Below, one piece after another: positions 54,061-64,000 of a stretch of DNA of 64,000 nucleotides. Origin of the DNA: Eledone cirrhosa (lineage: Eukaryota); the NCBI GenBank assembly GCA_964016885.1, contig OZ024742.1, positions 213,156,001-213,220,000 on the forward strand, read 5' to 3'. Every line of letters begins with the position of its first letter. The first letter of the stretch is position 1. Made by a program: the position numbers and the translations under genes. Below the pieces are notes generated by a model that was given only the letters and a program-made list of their open reading frames with translations, made no database searches and was not told where the DNA came from.

Positions 54061-54110
54061 ACCATATGCATAGACATTAGACCCATGGGTCTAATGTCTA
54101 TGCATATGGT
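54061..54110. repeat. Perfect 50-bp palindrome
   Basis: ACCATATGCATAGACATTAGACCCA-TGGGTCTAATGTCTATGCATATGGT. Confidence 0.95.
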
Positions 54111-54357
54111 CCAACACCCGAAGTTAAGCCAATGAAATACCACCACTTCTGTAGTTTTGTCATCCCGGGACATGTAGTATAGGCAGCAGCAGTCATGATT
54201 CCCTCGTCATACGTGCTGATGTGTCCTATGTTGTAGTGTTGTCAGTGTCTGGGATAGGTTATAGGATTTGGCTTTTGTAGCTGGATTGAAAAGTTACCTC
54301 CTTGCACCGGGGGCAGGCTTGCTGGAATGATTGAGGTGATGCTGAGACGGTTATTAT

Positions 54358-54541
54358 TTGACAGTATCGGTAGAGGGTCGGACGCCATGCTTTGACGCAT
54401 AGAGTTACGGCCCTTGCCATTCTGAGTTCAAATCCCGCCGAGGTTAACTTTGCCTTTCATCCTTACGGGGTCGATAAAATAAAGTACCAGTAATACACTG
54501 GATATTTTGCTGGCCTTGTGCCTAACGTAGAAACAATTATT
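54358..54541 (+). mobile_element. SINE family A copy with TSD TTATTTGACA
   Basis: Consensus match, and the motif is present at both ends. Confidence 0.85.
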
Positions 54542-55469
54542 TGACAAGATCAAACAATCATGTATGTATGTATTCATATCTCCGATCAGGCCATACTCAC
54601 AGAAACTAAATTTTAGTCCAGGAATTTGTGTATGCAATATACCATAACCCACGTGCAACCGTCTCCATTACAAAAAACGTATTGTGTGCAATATTAGGTA
54701 TAGTTTTGTATGTTCCCACGTTCAATTTATTTATTTATTTATTTATAAACCAACATCCCTCGTAACTCATATTATAAACAAACTATCCTTTTAATAAAAA
54801 TACATATGTTATTATTAAAATATATATAGATATTTATATATTATTATAATAAGATAAATAATTCTCCATATAAATATAGCCGAATGTCTGAATATATTTC
54901 CCTCAAATAACGTTTAAGTGGCCTTCCTTTTCCTTCTTCTTATCTTTCTTCTTCATTAACGATTTTTTGTTTGATAATGTATATAGCTTTGTTAAATTAA
55001 CAATATTCTGAAAACATTCTCAATGTTGAACAACATTTTTGAATCCACAAATTATTCTAATCTCACAACTTGAAAATAAAATTTCAACATCCTTCGTAAC
55101 TCATATTTGATATATAAACAATCAATACATACGCAACTTATCAACATATATTTATATATTTATATACATATAACCTATCTTAATGTAATAAGATAAAAAT
55201 ACTTAAAACCATAATTCTTCATATAATCTAATTGATTATATATACTATATTATAACTCATAATATAGGTAACAACCCCCCCCCCCCCGAATTAACGTTAT
55301 TCCTTTCTCTCTCTCTTCCTTCCTACGCATGCAATAACTTATCATAATTATTTAAATTTTCCATAGCGTCTAAAATAACGTTTCTTCAGCCCTTTAATAT
55401 AAACCTCAATTGCATACTCATATTAATAATTTTAAATATCTGTTTTCTCTCTTCCCTTCACTTTCCAGG

Positions 55470-55904
<435 letters not shown>

Positions 55905-55930
55905 ATATATGTATGTATGTGTGTATGTAC

Positions 55931-57232
55931 ATGGTCGGGTCGTCGGTGACTAAACCGGCAACCGCATCAAGCTTGCTTGATGAGGAGGGTAAATTTGGAC
56001 ACCCTGTGGGGTGAAAAACAAACCCCGTCAGAGGGTGGAGGAACACAGGAGAGTCAACGGCCATCTAATAAAGTATTTTGTTTGTGGTTCGAGAGACTCC
56101 TAGTCTTCATTTAGACATCTCTCTAGGAGAAAGTCACTCTGATATAAAACCTGTAACTTCGTTTTTATCCAATGATGTAGACCAGTTCTTCTTTTTGGGA
56201 AATGCATTCGATGTTCAGAGGACGGGATTGGCTTCGTGTAAAACCTTTCCTAGCTTACAAAAAGGTTCAAGCACAGGCATCGTTTGATATGTGACATTTT
56301 TGCGATGCATGGTATTGCTAGCCATAGGCAAGTCCCTAACAGGACTAAAAAGCCACGTCCGTGATACCCATGCTTAAGTATCAAGCGAGGGTATTACTCG
56401 AAATCGAGTTGCAGCTATCCCGCATGTATGTATGTATGTATGTATGTATGTATGTATGTATGTATGTATGTATGTATGTATGTATGTATGTATGCATGCA
56501 TGTATGTATGTATGTATGTATGTATGTATGTATGTATGTCGGGTCATACTTGAGTGCTACTGGTAACATGTAACCCAGTACAACCTGTCGCATGGTCGGG
56601 TCGTCGGTGACTAAACCGACAACCCCACCAAGTTTACTTGGTGAGGAGGGTGATTTTGGACACCCTGCAGGACAAAAAACAAAACCTGACAAAGGGCGGA
56701 AGAACTCATAAGAGTCAACGGCCATCCAAAAGTGTGTAAATATGTATATACACATGTACATATGTATGTATATGTGTATATACATGGGTATATGTGTATG
56801 TATATGCGCAGGGACATAGAAATAGTCGGGCTGGACACCCGATCGCGCGGTTAAACCACTGGGAGTGAAGGACCCCTAGCCTTTCTCGGGGCATTCTTCT
56901 AGGAGAAGGCATCTCAAGTAACTGGGTTAACTCCGACATAAAACCTGCGGCTCAGTAGTTACTGATGATGTTGATCTTTTCTTCTTTTCGGGTTATAGCT
57001 ACTGTCGCCCAGAGAGTGAGATTGGCTCAGTGCACAGTCTTTCCTCACTTTAAAAAATATCTTCACGCACAGGCATTGCACGATAGAATTAATTAATAAT
57101 TATTAATAATGGTATATCGTGCAATGGCCATACTCGATAACGAGGGGGAAGCCATCATCATGTATGTATGTATGTATGTATGTATGTATGTATGTATGTA
57201 TGTATGTATGTATGTATGTATGTATGTATGTA
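55931..57232 (+). mobile_element. Two head-to-tail RTE-derived non-autonomous elements (55931-56423 and 56540-57159), separated and followed by (TATG)n
   Basis: Shared ATGGTCGGGTCGTCGGTGACTAAACC...GAGTCAACGGCCATC...GCACAGGCAT...TACTCGA...CGAG 3' hairpin. Confidence 0.7.
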
Positions 57233-57943
57233 TAGATGGATGGATGTATGTGTGTGTACATGTATGTATTTAACCTAACTAAATTACTGAGGTTACGTGT
57301 GAGTTGATATACGTATAAATATGTTTACGTATATTCGTTTAATAAGAAAATATTTAAACTTAACGTATATATATATACCTCGCTGTTAAATCTCAGGGCT
57401 TTCTATGTACAATCAACGGCAGGACGTCTCAACTGATTTTACCTGGACATTATACTTCATTCACACACACGCTGTGCCAGTACGCTAATATATCAATACA
57501 CACTGCTTACTGATATGCAAATGAGGTAAATGGATGCTGATTACTTTTAGATACTTTTTTTATAAGTAGTTTTACAGTGCGGTCTTTCTCTGTAAAACGG
57601 AAAGAGAAGAAATTACCGATGAACCGGCAATTACAAAGCGGAACTGGTCGAATTATTCCGTGGCTCAGAATGAGATACAGAATAATATAACGGTAACTTA
57701 ATCGGGACGTAATAAAGAAAATAGAATCATATTCTAGATATGAATAATACTGTTTACGTGTGTACGCGTTTGTATGTGTGTGTGTGTGGGGGGGGTGGGG
57801 GTGTAGAGAAATAAAGAGATAAACAGAAAAGCAGATGTTAGTATAACTATGAAACCATACAGGATATACAATTTAAATAATTTATATTTAGGAATCTATC
57901 ACTCAACACAAAATTAGCGATCATGTATAAAAACAATAAAACG

Positions 57944-58039
57944 TCTTCTTCTTCTTCTTCTTCTTCTTCTTCTTCTTCTTCTTCTTCTTCTTCTTCTTCT
58001 TCTTCTTCTTCTTCTTCTTCTTCTTCTTCTTCTTCTTCT
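57944..58039. repeat. (TTC)n microsatellite
   Basis: Directly visible. Confidence 0.97.
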
Positions 58040-60110
58040 GGGGAGCAGCACTTCTCTCTCCACCCTCACATTCCTTTCCAGGTGAAACTTGAAGAAGTTG
58101 ATTAGGGATTGGCCGAAGAGAAAAAGTATCTGTCTACAGTCCTTTCAATCTGGTCCACAGACAGAGGAAAATTGTCTGCTCTTCTTGACCTAAGGAAGGC
58201 GGCGGGTCGATCTTCACTATGGACTCGGTCGATAGCTGGATCCGTTCCACACGCGACAGTAGCTGTTCGACATAACTCCACAACTCAGTAATGCACGGAC
58301 ATTGGACAAGTGCGTGCAGAACGGTTTCGTCGCTCTGTGCGCATCTTGGGCAGGTCCGTCTGACAGCACTTCCGTGTCTGTAGAGTTTATCCCGAACCGG
58401 CAGTGCCCCCCGTTAGCACTGCCAAGCGAGGGATTTTTGGAAATTGTCCATCGTCCCCGGATCGAAAGTCCTCCGGAACAGACTGGTCAGTTCGACTTCG
58501 TCGAGGCCCAAAGATTCTCCGAGTGCGACATCTCACTTGCCCACCACTAATCCTCTATAGAACTCGAGAGTGGAAGTTCCACTGATCGCATTGCCCAATT
58601 GGTGGAGGGCAGTGAGTGCCTGGCAACATTCCAGGTGCCAGTCACCCAGTCTCGGTCTCTTCTTGACCCAGGACTGCAGCTCAGTCAAAGAAACGAGCTA
58701 CGGAAAGGCCCGTCTGATAAATGGCGACCACACCTGTTCACCGTTTAGGCAGAATATCTGGAGATGTCGCAGTCTCAGTGCATGTCTGCGCATATTAGCC
58801 ACGGCACGCCCAGCCCTCCGCATAGAGGGTGTTGGCAGCAGATGGACCGCCTCACCAACGGAACTTGTCCTCTCCACAAGCATTTGAAGAGGAGCCGTTC
58901 CAACTTGATAAGGCGCGGACGGGGGCAAGGCACGACGGTCAGGCGGTAGTAGATGACGGACGCGATGTACGCGATGCCACCTCCACGCGACTTTTCAGTG
59001 ATAGCTTCCTCCCAGCCCATTTTTGGGTGAGACTGGCTACTCTGCTCGTTACCTCGTCCCAATTCTTTTCCACCTGGAGGTCTGGTCCAAACCTAACCCC
59101 AAGCAACTTTACCGGTCCGTCCGTCCAGCGCCCCACGACGCTGTTGGACGACATGGACTTGCCTCTCCAGGTTCCGAGCTGCAAGCCCATCGAATTTTCC
59201 GGGTTAAGTTTGACTTGTGTCAACCTTTCATATTCCTTGAATAAGGTGCCAACCACCTCGATTTCTGAGGTGTCCGACACCATCACGGTGATGTCGTCCG
59301 CATATGCTGACACCGCCTTTCCACGTCCCGGTTCGAGCGGGATGCCCTGCAACAGCTCCAGCTTCCGCAGTAAAGGCTCGAGAGTCAATACGTACAGAAG
59401 AGAATAGAGAGGGAACCCGTGATGGACCGATCGGGAGAGCCGAAATGGTTCCGAGAGGTGGCCATTAACCTTGACCACCGAGCATGTGCCGCTGTACATT
59501 GCAGCGATCCAGCTTCTGAAGACGGCCGAAGCCAGCTGCTTTGAGGACAAACTCCAGATACCGATGGTCGACCCTAGCGAATGCTTTCGATTGCTGTAAA
59601 TTGATCAGAGCCCCACTGAAGCCAGGTTTACACCTTACCCTCTCTATCATGTATCGCATGAGGTGGAGATTGTCGTGTATGGACCTGGCTGGGATTGCAC
59701 AAGTTTGCGCCTCCCCAACCAAATCCTCGACGACAAGCGCCAATCTCTTTGCTAACACCTTGGCCAAAATCTTAAACTCTGTATTGAGCAGAGTTATGGG
59801 CCTGAAGTTGTCTAATGTATCCCTCTTGTTCTAGTCTTTCCTTATCAGCGTCACCACTCCCCTGCTTACAGAACTGGGAATACTCCCATTCTGCTGCTAG
59901 TTGCATTAGAGTGCTTCGAGGAGATCGGAGAACAAGTCTGGCATATTTACATAAACTCGCAGGGCAGGCCATCCAAACCGGGTGACTTGCGCCTCATGCA
60001 GCCGACAAGGGCGTCATGAATTTCGGCTGAAGAAATCGGCCTTTCGCAGCGCTCAGCGTCGACCGTCGAGATGCGCGGCAAGCCGTCAAGGTAGGGACTG
60101 AAATCCGCTA
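58039..60110 (-). mobile_element. Older divergent Tx1 copy, truncated at both ends and frameshifted
   Basis: MAKVLAKRLALVVEDLVGEAQTCAIP, YADD, GPDLQVEKNWDEV. The sequence stops at ...VEREVLLP directly against (GAA)n. Confidence 0.9.
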
Positions 60111-61079
60111 CTCTCAACACAATAGACAGCCTTCAAACATTTCGTTGTCACGTGTTATTTCCAACAAGGGAAGCAACCCCCGGTTTTTGGCGGGTAAATT
60201 CAAAGTGTTGACAAAGGAAAAAATATTTCCGCTCAACATTCCGAATAAAAGCTCTCGACCAGACGTTATTAAACAAATACAAATAATTAACCAATCAACA
60301 GAATTGTCTAATTAAATTAATTAATTAATTATTAAGTCTAGGAAAAAATAATGCAAGTGGAAGATTAGTAAAATCGAAGCTTTGGCTGTGGCTTGCCCCA
60401 AACCCAGAGCTCAATCACCCTGTGCCTCCCCCTCCTTATTCTTCTGTGACACTAGATTCCTTGCTTTTCCCTTCCTTTTTCTTTTCTTTTTATATTTTCT
60501 TATTTTACATTCCATTCTTTCTCCTCAAACTAAAATTGTTTTTATTTTCTATTAAAATGCGTTTCTTTTTAGAATAGTTATTTACATTTAATTTTTATTT
60601 ATGTACCTATTTTCTTACCTATTTACTTCTTTATTTAGTTATTTTTTATATTATATTTCTCTTTTCTTTTTCTTCTACACACAAAACCTGGGTTAACTGT
60701 GTTTACAAATTCCTTTACTTTATACTATATATTGAGAGCAGGATTCATTGTTTTAGTAGAGCCATGTATACGTAGCATTTCGACACACAGACTTTCTAAC
60801 ACGTGCTTCTGTCTTCTGTACTACTAAGTCAAAGAAGGTTACTGGTGAATACATTTCTTTTCCAAAATGAATGGAATGGAAGAATGTACTGACATTATGA
60901 TGCAGTAGGTTTTGAAGAACTTTCATCCTCGTGTCTCAGTGTTATAGCATTTCTTGCTGTGTCTCCGACGTATTCCATGCAGTTGTTAATCATTTTGGTT
61001 ATAATGACCAACCTATGAACCCCTCTTTCACCTATTGCAATATCTGGGGGGTTTTTTAATGAGAAAATTCTCTATTATT

Positions 61080-62028
61080 CAGCATAGTTACGTCCCTTTA
61101 CGATCTGAGTTCAAATCCCTCTGAGGTTGACTTTGCCTTTCATCCTTACGGGGTCGATAAAATAAAGTACCAGTAATGCACTGGGTAATTTCTGGCCTTG
61201 TGCCTAAAGTAGAAACAATTATTATACACAACGTCATTGTGGTGGATTGACAGTATCAGTAGAGTGTCGGACAACATGCTTTGTGGCATAGACTTACGTC
61301 CCTTTACGCTTTGAGTTCAAATCCCGCCGAGGTTAGCTTTGCTTTTCATCCTTACGGGGTTGAAAAAATAAAGGACCAGTAATGCACTGGGGTCGATTTA
61401 ATCGACTTTCTTCCCCCCCCTCCAAAAAAAATTGCTGGCCTTGTGCCTAAAGTAGAAATCATTATTATTCACAACGGTAAATTGGCAGTATCGGTAGAGC
61501 GTCGGACAAAATGCTTCGCGGTATTTAGTTACGACTTACTATGTCTGAGATCAAATCCCGCCGAGGTCAACTTTGCCTTTCATCCTTCCGTGATCGATAA
61601 AATAAAGTAGCAGCCATTTACTGGTGTCAATATAATCGACGTTTCTCTTCCCCCAAATTGCTGGCCTCGTGCCAATATTAGAAAGAATTATTATTTAGAG
61701 CGTCAAAACTTCTATGGTCCCGTCTGTTCGTATTTTTTGTCTTTTTGTCTTTTGTAATCTTGGTCTATTTGCAGTTTAATTCGAACTGTTGGTTGGAACA
61801 ATTGTATATTGACTAATCATGTCGATTATTTGATAGGGCGGTGGATTGGTAGTATCGGTAGAGGGTCGGACGCCATGCTTTTCAGCATAGTTACGTCCCT
61901 TTACGATCTGAGTTCAAATCCCGCCGAGGTTGACTTTGCCTTTCATCCTTACGGGGTCGATAAAATAAAAGTACCAGTAATGCACTGGGTAATTGCTGAC
62001 CTTGTGCCTAAAGTAGAAACAATTATTT
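61080..62028 (+). mobile_element. Four SINE family A copies
   Basis: Copies at 61080-61224, 61238-61468, 61481-61695 and 61835-62028 (the last with TSD ATTATTTGATAGGGC). Confidence 0.85.
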
Positions 62029-62278
62029 GATAGGGCATAAGAACGTATCTTGAATAGGCTTCCCAAACTACGTTGAATTACATAGAAGTAATTCCAGCCT
62101 TCAAGAAGGGAAATGATATTCAGTAAAAACCGCTAAGGTTATGAGTATCTGAGTGAGAATTAATTATTATCAAATTTGCAGTTTGTGTATTTTGGGGCTT
62201 GATTGCAACATGTGTGGCAACTTACATAAATCCTTGCAACTGTCAGTAAGTTTGTTATTGTTCTTGTTATATTTTAAT

Positions 62279-62641
62279 ATAATTGTTTCTACTTTTGACA
62301 CAAGGCCAGCAATTACCCCCGTGCATTAGTGGAGCTTTATTTTATCGACCCCGTAAGGATGAAAGGTTAAGCTAACTTCGGCGGGATTTGAACTCGGACC
62401 GTAAAGGGCCGTAACTCTATGCTGCAAAGCATGGTGTCCGACCCTCTACCGATACTGCCAATCCACCGCCCTATATGTTAATATAATTGTTTCTACTTTA
62501 GGCACAAGGCCAGCAATTTAATATAATAATATAATTGTTTCTAGTTTTGACACAAGGCCAGCAATTATACCAGCTTATTACTGGTACTTTATTTTATCGA
62601 CCCCGTAAGGATGAAAGGCAAAGTTAACCTCGGTGGGATTT
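62279..62641 (-). mobile_element. Train of SINE family A copies
   Basis: Copies at 62279-62472, 62484-62518 (3' stub) and 62532-62641, each preceded by TAATATAAT. Confidence 0.85.
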
Positions 62642-62734
62642 TAATATAATAATATAATGTCATCAGACAAGAACTAAAGTTTCAATAGCAGCCACAGACT
62701 GACCAGTTAAATGTCCGTATGTAACAGGTGGTGA

Positions 62735-62975
62735 GGTAAATAAATATATACATATGCAACAAGTCCGAACACCATCGAACCAAACTCCCCCTGTCACTGC
62801 CTCCGTCTCTCCCACTCTTCCCATCCCTCACTAATATGAGCAAATAGGGGACCACACGCTGGCTGCCCCGTGGCCCCGGGGTGGATAGGATAGAGAAGGC
62901 GTTTCTCCGGAGGATGGTGAGGGAGACGCGCTGGAAGAGGTGTTGCGGTAGGAAAGTTTTCAATTTTTTCATAAG
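62735..62975 (-). mobile_element. 3' fragment of a CRE-clade (RLE) non-LTR element
   Basis: HLFQRVSLTILRRNAFSILST resembles the CRE C-terminal motif QRLS.AI.RGNA..IL.T. Confidence 0.45.
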
Positions 62976-63950
62976 TACCATCAATAGTCAGTGAATGTTA
63001 TAATATTGCTCATAATAGTTACAATCACACTTGACAGCAAGGAATGCTATGATGTTTACGTAGTTTCGAAGGTGTTGGTTGCACAATGTTCGTCTTTGAA
63101 GAGGTTCAGCTTAAAAGTTTGACATTTTGGAATACATCTGTATTTTCCTCCAAAACATTTCAGAATTATTCTGATTTTTCAAAAATGCTTGTCTGAAACA
63201 GGGACCATATAATACAGTAGAATTCTGAAGCACCACCAAGCAATGCACATTCCCCATTCAAGAAAAAACTATCGAAAGCTGCTCACACTAATAAAACAAA
63301 ACGAAACGAAACAAAAAAAATCCATTAATCACATGCCAGGCATTTGCTGTAGATTATATGGAGGAGAATCTCTGTAGCAGTCAAAATAAAAGGTTGACAA
63401 GTTCTAATGTAAAGGGAAATATTAGGACCAGTAATAACATAACACATAGTGTGTAATAAAAAAAATTATATAGAGTTATGGAATGAAATATCCATTATAG
63501 ATAAGGAATCGATGTGGGAACTAAAAAAAAAAACGAACAAAATCGCACAGAAAAAAACACAGAAAAAAACACACAAAAAAAGAAAAAGCAAAAATTCCAA
63601 CAAATCAGCATTATGCTTACTGATAGTTTCTGATAACCCAATCAGTAAGCCTAGCGCTATTTCTGCTCAATATAGCTGCCATTAGTGTAATATTATACGT
63701 AAATACTCTAGAATGAACAAATAATTGCACTGAAACGAATGATTAGAATAATAGGTTCTGAATTCCAATCCAATGTAGATATTTGACACCTGACACCGGT
63801 TACCACTAGATCTCTTAGAAATGGTGACTAAATGTTGAACAAATCACGTTATATCACCTTAAAAAGTATATACACACTGGATAATTTAGCAGTCCGAGAA
63901 ACATTGTGTTGATGATGTTTGTATGTATATATATATATATATATATATCA

Positions 63951-63981
<31 letters not shown>

Positions 63982-64000
63982 TATGTGTGTGTGTATGTGT

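Noticed and set aside
60740-61010. Possible minus-strand coding exon (MKVLQNLLHHNVSTFF...)
   Set aside because: Short, with no recognisable motif or clear splice boundaries.

Overview
AT-rich, microsatellite-dense eukaryotic DNA with no host protein-coding gene that I can support. The repeat families resemble those I recall from octopus/coleoid cephalopod genomes (inference only). Almost everything recognisable is retroelement-derived. (i) A head-to-tail train of three L1/Tx1-clade LINEs sits inside a (TCTA)n tract (12084-20255), including one copy with an uninterrupted 1145-aa APE-RT-CCHC ORF2; a second train of 3' ends lies in (TCTA)n at 39105-40070. (ii) A train of R4/Dong-clade LINE copies sits inside (ATAC)n (33568-35942). 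(iii) Penelope-like (RT+GIY-YIG) elements with inverted terminal arms and several mini fold-back derivatives are mostly embedded in (TA)n, and many carry type I hammerhead ribozyme motifs, some with non-canonical cores. (iv) A 466-bp tandem repeat has one hammerhead per unit and starts at the predicted cleavage site (retrozyme-like). (v) RTE-derived non-autonomous elements sit in (TATG)n. (vi) More than 20 copies of a tRNA-derived SINE often stack at a re-used target site. (vii) Decayed RTE, Vingi/Ingi, CRE, Tc1/mariner and pogo/Tigger fragments are also present. The best candidate for an undescribed system is a (TCTA/GATA)n-targeted Tx1 retrotransposon with an intact ORF2, within a locus where different retroelement clades appear to partition different microsatellites. 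All coordinates were read by eye; no searches or folding were run.
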